40,106 nucleotides of DNA from NCBI GenBank assembly GCA_051942245.1, contig JAVECL010000172.1:1-40106 (forward strand), written 5' to 3'. Positions 24,166-37,834 of this stretch are shown here, piece by piece. The notes under the pieces are model-generated. The model had not been told where the DNA came from. It did not search any database and saw only the letters and a program-made list of their open reading frames with translations. This stretch comes from Trypethelium eluteriae (lineage: Eukaryota). How positions within the stretch are numbered: the first letter of the stretch is position 1; each line of letters opens with the position of its first letter. The position numbers and the translations under genes are program-made.

Positions 24166-27100
24166 TCAGAACCCTGCCACCGCCACAGCAACGGCCTGGG
24201 CAGCATTATGGCTAATGCTCACATTCACCCACTTGACCCCAGCTTCATCCGCCGCCTTCTTCGCGTTACCGTGCAACTAGAGTCATCATTAGTTAAGCTG
24301 TTCCGATGCCACCAGGCCAGTAGAAAGGACAAGATCATCAAACTTACAGTCACACTCGGCGGGCCCGTCGCCCCACTCAAGATCTCAATCTCCCTAAGCG
24401 GCGCCCCTGCACCCTCACTACTCACCCCAAGCGCCTTAAACACAGCCTCCTTCGCACTCCAGCGCCCTGCAAAACGCCCCTGGGGAGCCGGATGCTGCCG
24501 ACAATAGTCCTGCTCCTCCTTCGTGAAATTGCGCTCGATGAACGTCTCGTTATCCAGCGGTATCGCCCCCAGGCTCTCCACATCGACGCCGACCCGGGTG
24601 TTCGGCCCCTGCGACGCCACCTTCGTGAGCTGCTCCAGCATGTTGCGCGTCTCCTCGGCCTTCGCTTCCTCCTTGGGCGACAGCTTCGGCGGCTGTGGCG
24701 TTGATGGCTTCGGCGGATATGCGTAGGTTGCGGTCTTTGGGTCGGGCGAGACGCGGGCTTCGGGGTCGAGGAAGACGTTGCTCATCTGTGACTCGGCGTA
24801 GGGGCTGTGGTCTTTGGCGCGGAAGAGGTTGTTGTTGACGAGGCCGTCGTGGTAGTATCGATACGCCCGCTTCTGTCGCGCATCGACCTTCTGTTTGTAG
24901 GTCTGGAATTCGGCGTGGTCGAGAGTGGCGAAGAGGTATTTGGGGTGGATGCCGATGGCCTGAGCCCCCTTTTGCCCGAAGCCGAAGGAGGTGACAGAGA
25001 AGGCTTTGATGCCATCGGTTTGTAGGCTACGGCTTGGGTAGACGATGTAGTCGAATTTCTCCATGACCTTGTCGACGTTGTCGGCGTTGCGGTTGCCGGG
25101 GACGAGACCGCTGTTGAGGACTTGCAGGCAGCCGTTGAACATCCAGGCACCGGCGGCGCCCTTGGGATGGCCGGTGAGATACTTTTGGAAGATACCGAGA
25201 AGGGCATTGCCTTTGCTTCTGCCAAGATGCTTCATTTGTTGGCAGATGACATCGGATTCATTCTTATCGTTCGCAACAGTGGACGTGCCGTGGAAGGATG
25301 CGACGTCAAGATCGTCGATGGTCAGACCCCATGTGGCTAAGGCTCCGCGTAGAGGCGCGATTCTGGAATCGTTCTTCCAGAAGTTGTTGCCTAGACTATT
25401 AAGTGTATCTCGTTCTTGACGATAAGCTTCGCGCTCGATGTGAGCGGCACGTTCTTGTATCCACTCAGACTCGTCGAAATCGCCACCTTGAGCCTTCATG
25501 GCTGTGGCCTCTTCTTGAAGATACATAAGCTCTGACTCTTGCCATTGCTTGATCTGCTTTCTTCTGAGGTCCATCTGACGCTTCCGATATTTGATGTCTA
25601 GCAATGGCGAAGGATATTTCGACGGCACCTCGCGAGCAGTGGTGAGGACGCCCTGGCCTGGCGCAGGGACAGACCGTCCAATCTTGTCAGTGGCAGTAGC
25701 TGTAAAGCCGAGGATCCCGTAGATTGGTACACCCATATCGAGGGCAAGTTTTGCATCCATAATGACCTGCATACCGCAGCCTTGAGATTCCATGAAACCA
25801 TTTCGGGTGGTAGTAGTTGGTCTCGACATTTCTTTGGGAGTGCGACCGTGTGCAAACTCATCTTCAGCACTGCTGGTGGCCTTCATATTCGCAAACTCGT
25901 AGGAGCCTTCCTCTTGGAAATCATCGAACCCACCAACGAAACATATACGGGCTTTACCTTCGACGATAGTATCGTATCCAATGTCAATTGATTCCACTGC
26001 AGTAGCACACGCACCCACAGGCGTCTTGATAGGACCTGTAGATGAAAGCAGTAACATGTTTACCCAAGCACTCATAGTGTTGATGAATGATTCCTGCAGT
26101 ATGTCCTTCTGAAGTGGCTTGTCGAGGTAACGATCCTTGTACATTCCTCTGAGAGCAGTGGTACCACCAATACCAGATCCGATACAGTTGCCCACTTGGG
26201 AAATGTGGACGTATTTGTAAAACTCGTAAGGGTCCGTGATGCCCGATGAAAGCAAAGCCTCCGCAACAGAGACGAGAACAAATAGAGTCACAGGGTCTAC
26301 CTGCTCCATGATGTCTTCCGGAACACCGTACTTCTGAGCATTCCATCCTGTCGGGATTTGGCCAGCAACTAAGCGGTCAAATCTCAGGGCTTTGGGAATC
26401 AATAGAGTTGCGCCCTTTCGTAGACGAACACTGTATTCGCCAGAGTCTGCAATTTCAAAGATTTCGACCTTATCCCCGTGCTCGCGCCTGAATTCTTCGG
26501 CCGTCTCCTTCGATGCTTCAAAGGGTTCAAGGTCTTCATCAATTTGGATCTCTTGCAGAAGCTGCTTCTTGTTTGGATCATAGCCATTGAAAAGCTCCGA
26601 TTCGATTAGACGAATCCCAGAGTGATCCAGAATGTGCTTTTCGTAGTTCGCTTTGACGTCCTTGTCATCGACTGGCTCCTGGGTCTTGGCGTCAATCCAG
26701 CCAGAATATGCCTTACCCTTGAGTGGTCCATTGTGATTTTTAATAAGACCCATCATCCAAGCCATCTCAATACATCCCTCTAACGAGAATTCGCCATATG
26801 CTTCCATTTCCCAGCGAGTCCTCGAATTGCCCCAAGGTCCGACCTCAGCGAAACCAGTCACAACGACGACTTTTTCCAAATCAACCATGCCCTTGAGGTC
26901 GGTAGTGAGCGGCTTGATTTCGCTCTCCCAATCGGGAAGTTTTGGAAAGTCAAATCGCAGGTTAGCTCTGCGTTGGACATTAACCTTCTTGTGAAGCACC
27001 TCGTGGTCGGCGCCGTTGACAATCGTATTCTCAATAGCAGTCTCCTTCGTGACCGCTTTGCGGACATCGCTAGCCTCCATAAGGTCTTTTCGGATATCCG

Positions 27101-29907
27101 TCATTAGCTCTTTGAGATTGGGCAAGAACTGGAAACCGCCATTCAGATCCGCGTAGACAGGCTCGACTTGACAGAGATTGACGATTGAGGGTGCCATGAG
27201 ACCCAGTAGGTTGAACGCCATCTCTTGTTGAGAGAAGGTCCGGACGCCGTATTTCTCTATTCCAGCGGCGACGATGTTGTTACCTCCCATCAATCCCGTT
27301 CCTCGTGTCCATCCAATGACAGCACCGCAGATAGTCAGGTAGTCTCCCCAGCTCTCAGAGTGCCACCGGGTGAAGAGTGTCTCAAGTGAAAGCTTGGATT
27401 CGGCGTACAGACCATCATTCCCGAAAGTGCCGTGGTTTGGCGAGAGTGGCAAGATGACCTGGGCTGGGCGCGTTGTGAAGCCATTCTCCAGCTTCTTCGT
27501 CTTCACCGCTCCAATCATCCTGAGCAGATTTGTGAGCATTATACGATGCGCCAATTCTGATTTGGAGTCAATATTGTCGATCTCGCGACCGTTTTCAGGA
27601 ATAGCAGCGAATGGAACGATGTAGTCGAGATCCCAGCCGAGGCCATTCTTCGGGTTGTAGATGTAGTCGATTAGGGCATCGACGTCTTGCTTGCTACCTT
27701 GATTGAACGGCACGACAACGAGTTGCGAGCCGCGAGCACCGTAGCGAGCATACATGGACTGGTAATATTCGGTTACTTGGCGCGAGTATCGGCTAGTGGT
27801 GACGATGACCTTTGCACCACCGCTGATGAGGCCTTGTAAGACTTCGGCTCCAATCGATCCGGCGCCAGCGCCAGTCATCAAAGCATTCTTCCCTTGGAAA
27901 GTAATACCGGACTTGGCGGCTTTTTCCAGACCTTCAAGATAGATGCCGGTAAGCTTTTTGCTATACTCCCAGCCGTGCTCATCCTTGCGCTTCAAATGGA
28001 GGAATGGTATCGTCTCCACCTTTCCCTGCTTGTTTAGGCCATTTACACGCGCACCGTTGCGCCCAGGTTTCTTCGCGTAGCCATTGGCCTTTCCGTTTTC
28101 ATGGGGCATGATTTGGCCTTCATTCATCGACAGAGCCCGGACGACATTACCGTACAGATTCCTGATTTGGAGCTGCGAGGATTTCGATAATTTATGTTGT
28201 TGACGAATTAGCTTATAAATACGCTGTAAATCGTTTTGCACCTTGGTCCTGTTGCCGTATTCTGTAATCTTGCCTCCATCTGCCATTTCGCGTACGTAAT
28301 GTTCTAGCTTCCGCACGCTTTGACGTGGAACTTCTGCATAATTCGTATTGCCGCGAGCGTCGATATCGACTTGTGGTGCAGTTGGAACTGAAACATCTTT
28401 GAAGACCGGGGCTTCATCAAGTACGTCCTTGCAGTTGTCGATTAATTGCTGCCCGAGTTGTTTGGCAAGCTCATAAGTCTCGCCGCGCTCTGTTGGACAG
28501 TTATCAATATGATATTGCATGAAGTCCAGGAGCAGAGGATTGGAGCGGTTCATGATATAAATACATCGACTGACAATCTCGCGGTCAACAGCAGTGAGGC
28601 GCCCGAAAATGATATCGTAGTACATGCTAAGCGCATCTTGTCGCGCCCAGTTCCACGAAGAGTCGTATACGCGAGCCTTTAGATAATCAAATGATGGTTC
28701 AATGCCGGCGGCATAGAAATCGCCGTGTTCTGCATTCCAAAGGTCCAGCTGTGCTTGTAAAGCACTTGCAGTTTCTTGTGATCCTACGAAAGCCTTATCT
28801 CCGGCACGCAGGTCAATCTTCAGGTATCTGGCAAAGAGCTCCAGCTGCTGCTTGAAGAGTGCCCTCTGGTCCTTGGTGAGTGCATCGATCGCGGCAGGAT
28901 CCATCATCATGCCACCAGCACCAGCACCACCTTCGCCGCCTGCAGGCGCTGTGGATAGATTTACACCTGCAGTGGCAGCGTATTTGTTTGTGAGGTCATC
29001 GAGCCAAGATTTGGCATCATTTTCAGAGGCGAGCCGGCTGGCAGGTTCGGATGTAAGTGCCAGTAATAGTACTCCATCTTGCCTACCCGGGCCAAGACCC
29101 CACCTTGTCTCCAAATGCTTTCGCACTGCTGTGATATTGAAGCCTCCTGGCATCTTGGAAGACACCAAGCGAGCAATGAGTGAAGACGATTGTTTCCCGA
29201 GCTGTCCGTTGAATGTTGCTTGCATCGAAGCTCCAAGCTCATCCAGTGGAGTATCCTCTGGCTTTTCGGGTGTCGAGCCAAATTCCTTGCCAAGGTCTCC
29301 GAGAATCTCATTTTGAAGCGTCGACTTGCCTAAACTAGATCAGCCTTATGTTCCTACAATTTGTCTCCACTCTCTTACCTCCGACCAGGTCCTTGATAGC
29401 TTTGCTCAACGGAATGTCCGATAAAGGTTTCTTCAGCTTTTGGGCCACTAACGCCCTGAGTATATCAACAGCCGAGACTGGGGCGTCAGGAACTTGAGCG
29501 GCAGGGCCACTGTTTGGAGGAGGGGGTGCTGCAGCGACTGAAGCAGGGGCTGACGCTGCTAGAGTAGCTGCAGGCGCAGAAGCTGTGTCGCCTCCGCTTG
29601 ATGGTGCTGTAGGTTCTTCCTCGACAGGATCTACATCATAATAAATATCCTTGGCATCTTTGCTGTAGCATAGAATCTGCCGCTGTACAGATTTGGCAGC
29701 ATCGAAAGCTTCGTACTTGGATGCAAGTGTTCGTCTCGCCATGCCACCAAGTGTATCTGCTGGACCGACCTCCACAATCCGTTCCGTCTCCTTGTTACCG
29801 AGAATGACATCTTGTGTCTCTATCCACCTGACGGGCGAGGCGAATTGATATGCTAGGAGCTCCACGAGTAGTGTATGGGAGAGCTCCTGCTCGACTTCGG
29901 GCGTCAT
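24166..29907 (-). CDS. FAS2: Fatty acid synthase subunit alpha (ACP, KR, KS, PPT), about 1873 aa, 3 exons
   Basis: Exons 29907-29379, 29329-24348, 24276-24166. [36 protein letters not shown] site [12 protein letters not shown] restored by splicing; [56 protein letters not shown] and VSISH in the last exon. Confidence 0.97.
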
Positions 29908-31139
29908 TATGGTTGTCTACCGAAAGCGCAGCAAAATTTACTTCGTGGGGGGCGTTTGACCGTCAAGAGCTCACGAGGTCCCAATTCCGTGTATTTGAGG
30001 GAGCTCGCTCATGGAAAAGTGGCGTGCTGATCCAAGGATGGACAAGGCCAGCTCCACGGAAATGATTTCGAAAGGAAGTTTTGCGTAGGTAAGGCAGGCC
30101 CCAGGAAGCTCGCGGAAAAGACAGAAAGGCAGAAGTAGATAGCTTAGAGGAACGGAGAATGGCGTGGATCGAGACGGCAAGAACGGAATTGATGAGGTGA
30201 TTCGAGCCTTGGTAGCAGCAATTGCGACCGAGGATCAGCTTCAGCAGGACGTTGAGGTGGTGCTGATGTGCTGGGAACGATAGTAAGGTGGTAATTACGG
30301 GCGGTGGACTGGCACGAATCTGCGCAGGCGACGCTCGTACACAATTCGAGGCCGTTGACAGGGGCACAGACACAGCGTTGAGCCGGGGCTCGTCACTGTG
30401 CAGCACACGCTAAATCTCCGCAACTCCGTTCTCCAGAAAATCCTCAACAGGCCACCAGGCAACAGGTATAGTAATCATGTTCACTATTCATTGTATTTTG
30501 CGCTACGGCCCCGATAGCTTAAGCACTGCATCACCCGGTCGTAGCTTTAGGCAGCAGTGTGGACGGACAAGTGCAATCCCTCATGCCTATGGCAAATAAT
30601 CCAAGAAAATTTTGGATAGAAGGTAATTTGAAGCTTCCAGGATCGGGCTTAGTATGACCCACCAAAGCGGGATGCTAGAGTCGACCCTTGTTAGCGCCGA
30701 CGCTGCCCTGCACCTCAACACCCTGCTAATTATTCGTTAGCTACTAACGCAACTCCGTCCTTTTGCATTTTGATGACCTCCTGCTCAGTCATTCGTCTTG
30801 GACCTCAACCTCCTGATCCACGAGGCCAGTGACCTACTACACCACTTCTTCATACTTCTCCTCACGACCTCCTGAAATAACGCCCTCACCTTTATGAGAT
30901 CTCAACCCACGAGAAGCTCTTTCCATAGCGAGCAAGCTCTCGAAAAATCTGGAGAGGAACTTAATTGATTAATGAACACTCAATTCCGAGTCACCTGACC
31001 TCCAGTACAGCTTCCAATCTTGGTTCAAGTACGCTAACAACAATCTTGGTCCCTTTAGTATACGACTGTTGCTGACTGTTGTTGCCGCCTGCAGAACCTC
31101 GAGTCTGACGCCTGCACGGCGCACCAATCCTAAACAAAC
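29908..31139. promoter_or_regulatory. Bidirectional promoter/leader region shared by FAS2 and FAS1 (1232 bp)
   Basis: Head-to-head start codons at 29907 (-) and 31140 (+), with pyrimidine-rich tracts on each coding strand (about 30100-30160 on -, about 30760-30890 on +). Divergent FAS pairs are established in filamentous ascomycetes. Confidence 0.75.
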
Positions 31140-34100
31140 ATGTATGGCTCCGGTCCTCAGACTGGCGTCTCAACTCCACGGTCACAAGCCTCACTCAGGC
31201 CCTTAACTCTAAACCACGGTTCCCTCGAACATTCCTTCTTGATACCCACTGCATTGCATTTCAGCGCCTCCCAGCTAAAAGACCTTTTCGTTGCAACCCT
31301 TCCTGAGCCAACCGATGAGCTTGCTCAAGATGACGAGCCCTCCTCAGTAGCTGAGCTGGTCGCTCGATATATGGGCTTTGCCGCCAAGGAATTGGAAGAC
31401 GGCGATGACCCAGGCTCGTCTGAGGAAGTCCTCAAGCTCGTTCTTAACGAATTTGAAAGAGTGTTCCTGCGAGGCAATGAAGTTCACGCGCTAGCCGCAT
31501 CTTTGCCAGGCATTGAGTCTAAGAAGCTCTTAACTGTGCAATCTTATTATGCAGCCCGTGCCGCATCGGATAGGGCCGTAAAGCCTCATGAGTCGGCTTT
31601 GTTTCGTGAGGCTGCGGATGGCAATGCATTCATATATTCTGTCTTTGGCGGCCAAGGAAACATCGAAGAGTATTTTGACGAATTGCGTCAGATCTATAAT
31701 ACCTACACACCATTCGTGGAAGATTTCGTATCTACTGCCGCCTCTCACCTCCAGACACTCTCAAGAGATCCGCGCGCTCAGAAGCTGTACTCGAAAGGCC
31801 TCGATACCATGCGATGGCTTCGCAACCGAGACTCACAGCCGGATACAGACTATCTCGTTTCTGCACCCGTCAGTCTACCATTAATTGGCTTGACACAATT
31901 GGCTCACTATGTAGTGACCTGCCGCGTGCTTGGTACTCATCCTGGCAAAGTTAGGGATCATCTCAGCGGCACGACTGGTCACTCGCAGGGAATTGTCACT
32001 GCAGCGGCAATTGCAGCATCTTCTTCGTGGGAAACATTTCAGAGTGCTTCCAAGGATGCATTGACCATCTTATTCTGGATTGGTTCGCGAAGTCAGCAAG
32101 CATATCCACGAACCTCCTTGGCACCCAATGTCCTACAAGATTCCAGCGACAGCGGGGAAGGTACACCAACACCTATGCTTTCAGTGCGAGATCTGTCTCG
32201 GACTGCACTCCAGACTCACGTTGATGGAACGAATCAACACTTGCCCGAGGACCGCCATATTCGGATCTCGCTCGTTAACAGTGCTCGCAACTTTGTAGTC
32301 ACAGGTCCACCCATGTCATTGTACGGCTTGAATATACGACTGAGGAAAGTGAAGGCCCCGACGGGTTTAGATCAGACACGGATTCCCTTCACCGAGCGAA
32401 AGGTCCGGTTCGTAAATCGCTTCCTTCCCATCACGGCACCCTTCCACAGCCCGTACCTTGCAGAAGCTGCAAAGCATCTTCAGGATGACCTGGCAGATAT
32501 CAAAATAAGTAAGACTAGCTTGGGTATTCCAGTCTATGATACCAACACCGGCGAGGATGTACGGAGCCAGAGCGAGGACAACATTGTACCATCTCTCGTT
32601 CGTATGATTACGAAGGACCCGGTCAACTGGGAGGCTGCCACCGTCTTCCCTAAGGCTACCCACATTCTTGATTTTGGTCCAGGGGGTATTTCAGGTCTTG
32701 GCGTCTTGACTAACCGCAACAAAGATGGCACTGGTGTACGTGTCATCCTGGCCGGTTCTATGGATGGTACGAATGCGGAAGTTGGATACAAGCCTGAGAT
32801 TTTTGATCGAGACGCTGAGCATGCCGTTAAATACGCAGTCGATTGGGTCAAAGAGTATGGCCCGCGTCTTGCGAAGACTTCCACGGGCCAAACATATGTC
32901 GATACCAAGATGAGTAGACTTTTTGGCCTTCCACCTGTCATGGTAGCAGGTATGACGCCTTGCACGGTCCCTTGGGATTTTGTTGCGGCGACCATGCGTG
33001 CTGGCTATGAAATTGAGCTAGGTGGTGGTGGTTACTACAGCGAAAAGAGCATGGTCGAGGCAATATCAAAGATCGAAAAGGACATTCCAGCTGGTCGTGG
33101 TATTACTGCGAACTTGATTTACGTCAATCCCAGGGCTATGGCTTGGCAAATCCCCATGCTGGGCAGACTACGTGCAGAAGGATATCCCATCAACGGTCTT
33201 ACTATCGGAGCTGGAGTTCCTTCAATCGAGGTTGCGAACGAGTACATCACTACCCTTGGGATCAAGCATATCGGTTTCAAGCCTGGCTCCGTTGAAGCCA
33301 TTCAGCAGGTCATCAACATTGCGAAGGCAAATCCTACATTCCCTGTCATCTTGCAATGGACTGGGGGCAGAGGTGGTGGTCACCATTCTTTCGAAGACTT
33401 TCATCAACCAATATTACAAATGTACGGTAGAATCCGGAAGTGCGAAAACCTTGTCCTTATTGCCGGTAGTGGCTTCGGAGGAGCTGAAGACACCTATCCA
33501 TACATTTCAGGCTCATGGTCTAAAAGCTACGGTTATCCTCCGATGCCGTTTGATGGCTGCCTGTTTGCTAGCCGTATGATGGTTGCTAAGGAAGCTCACA
33601 CCTCGCTCAATGCCAAGCGAGCGATTGTTGAAGCTGAAGGCCTTGACGACGGCGAGTGGGAAAAGACCTATAAGGGACCTGCTGGTGGTGTAATAACTGT
33701 CCGCTCTGAGATGGGCGAGCCAATCCACAAACTTGCAACAAGGGGTGTGCGCTTCTGGGCTGAGATGGATCAGAAGATCTTCGCCCTTGATAAGAAGAAG
33801 AGATTGCCAGAGTTACGGAAAATGCGCGACTATATCATTAAAAAACTCAACGATGATTTCCAAAAGGTGTGGTTTGGTAGGAATTCTCTGGGCTCCTCGG
33901 TTGATCTCGAGGATATGACGTACGCGGAAGTTGTTCGTCGCATGATCGATTTGATGTTCGTCTCGCATGAAAAACGGTGGATCGACAAGAGTCTTGCACG
34001 CCTTACAGGAGATTTCATTCGTCGTGTTGAGGAACGGTTCAGTACCAAAGAGGGACAGGCATCCCTTGTGCAAAACTATGCCGAGCTGGATGATCCATAT

Positions 34101-37100
34101 CCCGTCATCGATAAAGTTCTTGCTGCATACCCAGAGGCAAGCAAGCAGTTGATTAACGCGCAAGATGTACAGTATTTCTTGCTAATGTGCCAACGCCGTG
34201 GGCAGAAACCGGTGCCTTTCGTCCCGGTGCTCGATGACACGTTCGAGTACTTCTTCAAGAAAGATTCCCTATGGCAATCTGAGGACCTTGAGGCGGTGGT
34301 AGACCAGGACGTAGGCAGAACTTGCATTCTGCAAGGTCCAATGGCTGCCAAATATTCAAAGATTATTAATGAACCAGTGAAAGACATTCTTGATGGGGTT
34401 CATGACTCTCACATCAAACGTCTTCTTGAGGACGTCTACGAAGGCGAAGAGTCAAAGATTCCAGTAGTGGAATACTTTGGGGGTAAACTGATCGAGGCTG
34501 ATGATCAGGTGGAAGCCGATGGTTTGACCGTATCCGAATTGGACGACAAGATTACCTACCGAATTTCCACATCACCCACAGCAGATTTGCCAGAACTGAA
34601 TTCTTGGCTATCACTCCTAGCGGGCCGTGAATACTCGTGGCGGCATGCTCTCTTCATGACAGATGCTTTTGTTCAAGGACAGCGTTTCCAGACAAACCCC
34701 ATGCACAGAATCTTTGCCCCGACCAGAGGACTCCTGGTGGAGATTCTCCACCCCACTGAACCTTCTAAGACCAAGATCATTGCAAGAGAGCCTTACAATG
34801 GTAGCAAATCCATGCAGACTATTGAGGTTTGCTTGAACAATGACAAGGAAATCGTTGTGGAGTTGATCGAAGAGCGAACTGCTCTACACAAGCCTGTTGC
34901 TCTTTCTCTTAGGTTTACGTATCATCCAGAGACCGGCTATGCACCCATTCGAGAAGTTATGGAGGGTCGCAACGATCGCATCAAGGAATTCTACTACCGA
35001 ATCTGGTTTGGTGACGAAGAGGTTCCATTTGACGCAGACGTGCAAACTCGCTTTGATGGCGGCAAAGCGACCGTCACGTCGGAAGCCATCAACGACTTTG
35101 TCCATGCCGTTGGTAATACAGGTGAGGCATTTGTTGATCGGCCAGGGAAGGAGGTGTGGGCTCCGATGGATTTTGCCATTGTTGTCGGATGGAAAGCCAT
35201 CACGAAGCCAATTTTCCCCAGGGCGATCGATGGTGATCTCCTGAAACTGGTTCACTTGTCCAACAGCTTTCGGATGATGCCAGGTGCAGCACCGCTGAAG
35301 AGAGGGGATGTTGTTGAGACAACAGCTCGCATCAATGCCGTCTTGAATCAGGACTCCGGTAAGATGGTCGAAGTTTGTGGTACAATCACACGTTCGGGTG
35401 AGCCAATCATGGAGGTTACCAGTCAATTTCTATACCGCGGAGCCTACAATGACTTCAAAAATACGTTTCAAAGGAAGAACGAAGACACAATGCAGTTACA
35501 CTTGAGCACTAGCAGAGATGTCGCGGTTCTTCGGTCCAAGGAGTGGTTCCGCATGGAAGAGCCAGATACAGACCTTGTCAACAAGGTTTTGACATTCAGG
35601 TTACAAAGCTTTGTTAAATTCAAGAGCAAGACCGTCTTCAGCGAAGTGCAAACCTTTGGTCAAGTCCTACTAGAACTGCCAACAAAGGAAATCGTTCAAA
35701 TCGCCTCCGTCGAATACGAAAATGGTGTCTCTCATGGTAACCCAGTGCTCGACTACCTCCGGCGGAACGGTGTCGCGATCGACCAACCCGTCAACTTTGA
35801 GAACCCTATCCCACTCAGCGGCAAGACTCCACTGACACTCAAAGCTCCAGCATCAAATGAGACATACGCAAAGGTGTCTGGCGATTACAACCCGATCCAT
35901 GTGTCGCGTGTTTTCTCGAGCTATGCGGGTCTTCCAGGCACGATCACCCATGGTATGTACTCTAGTGCTGCGGTAAGGAGCCTTGTCGAAACTTGGGCCG
36001 CAGAGAACGATATTGGTCGTGTAAGGAGTTTTCACGCATCTCTTGTCGGCATGGTCTTGCCAGATGACATGATCGAAGTTAAGCTTCAGCATGTTGGCAT
36101 GGTCTCCGGTCGCAAGATCATTAAGGTGGAGGCCAGCAGCCAAGAGACTGAAGAGAAGGTTCTCCTTGGGGAAGCGGAAGTTGAACAGCCCACATCAGCT
36201 TATGTGTTCACCGGTCAGGGTTCTCAGGAACAAGGCATGGGAATGGATCTCTACGCTAGTAGTCCTGTGGCAAAGGAGGTATGGGACCGCGCCGATAAGC
36301 ACTTCATGGACAATTATGGTAGGTTACAGAAACCCAGATATGGAGAATGTGGAACTGATATATCGTAGGATTCGCTATTACGAACATTGTTAAGACGAAC
36401 CCCAAGGAGCTTACCATTCATTTTGGTGGTCCACGAGGCAAAGCGATTCGACAAAATTATATGTCGATGACCTTCGAGACTGTGAGCGCGGATGGCTCTG
36501 TCAAGTCTGAAAAGATATTTAAGGAAATCACTGACGAGACAACATCCTATACCTATCGGTCGCCTACTGGACTTCTCTCAGCAACTCAATTTACACAACC
36601 TGCACTGACCTTGATGGAGAAGGCCTCGTTCGAAGATATGCATGCCAAGGGCCTTGTCCAGCGTGATAGCAGCTTCGCAGGGCACTCACTTGGAGAATAT
36701 TCTGCTCTCGCAGCGCTTGCCGAGGTCATGCCAATTGAGAGCTTGGTGTCAGTTGTCTTTTACCGTGGCCTGACTATGCAAGTCGCGGTGGAGCGCGATG
36801 AGCAAGGCCGCTCGAATTACTCCATGTGCGCAGTCAACCCGAGCCGGATATCGAAGACGTTCAACGAGCAAGCGCTGCAGTACGTTGTGGAAAACATCGT
36901 TGAAGATACCAAGTGGCTCCTGGAAATTGTCAACTACAATGTCGCAAACATGCAATATGTCTGTGCGGGTGATCTCAGAGCTCTTGACTGTCTTACAAAC
37001 GTGCTCAACTATCTTAAGGCCCAAAAAGTCGACATTCAGTCTCTCATGGAACAGATGTCCCTTGAGGAAGTCAAGTCCCACCTCATGACCATCATACGCG

Positions 37101-37447
37101 AGTGTGCCAAGCAGACCGAAGCCAAGCCTAAGCCTATCGAGCTGCAACGCGGTTATGCAACTATCCCGCTCAAGGGTATCGATGTGCCCTTCCACAGCAC
37201 GTTCCTTCGTTCGGGTGTCAAACCTTTCCGCAGCTTCCTTCTCAAGAAGATCCACAAGACATCCATCGACCCGAGCAAGCTCATCGGCAAATACATTCCA
37301 AATGTCACTGCCAAGCCGTTTGAGCTGACTAAAGAGTACTTTGAGGATGTGTATAAGTTGACGAACTCACCTAGGATTGGCAACATCCTAGCGAACTGGG
37401 AAAAATATGAAGGTCGTGGAGAGCAGGAAGCGGCACTAGCTGCGTGA
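31140..37447 (+). CDS. FAS1: Fatty acid synthase subunit beta (AT, ER, DH, MPT), about 2085 aa, 2 coding exons
   Basis: Exons 31140-36318 and 36369-37447; intron GTAGGT..ACTGAT..TAG. AT FGGQGN and GHSQG; ER AGMTP and [22 protein letters not shown]...[26 protein letters not shown] and IDVPFHS. Confidence 0.97.
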
Positions 37448-37834
37448 GTGGAATCTAGGATTAAAGAGCACTGGCGTTCTGGATTTGCGTCCTTCCGGTA
37501 TTAACTAGCGGAGACCATTTGGACTTTTAGACCCGAAGCTTCATAGCTTGTATCAACACCAACCTAGATCATAGAACATCATCGTAATTCATAAAAATGA
37601 TAAAGTATCACAATCTCCACAAGTCTCATTGACCTTCCATCGAAATATAAAGCCGAGTTTCTGTGTGTCAAAAATGCATTAGGTAGGTCTCTTGCGCCAC
37701 ACCTGGATTTGTTGCTGCGTTGTGGCCGTGCGTTGTTTACTTCTCACTAGTCACAAAACAATACCATCATCTCAATTTCCTATCAGTCCTTCGAAACCAA
37801 ACCCCGCACAGTCTCCCAGAGACGCTACGTTACT

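Noticed and set aside
24225..24347. Hydrophobic then basic C-terminus ([13 protein letters not shown]...RRRRR) on the FAS2 ORF, resembling a membrane anchor
   Set aside because: It is read-through of a 71-nt intron with GTAAGT donor, branch point and TAG; splicing restores the conserved PPT end (LHGNAKKAA...VSISH).
24166..37447. FAS pair as part of a secondary-metabolite cluster (aflatoxin/sterigmatocystin-type dedicated FAS)
   Set aside because: No PKS, NRPS, tailoring enzyme or cluster regulator nearby; neighbours are housekeeping genes and both subunits look like canonical primary-metabolism FAS.
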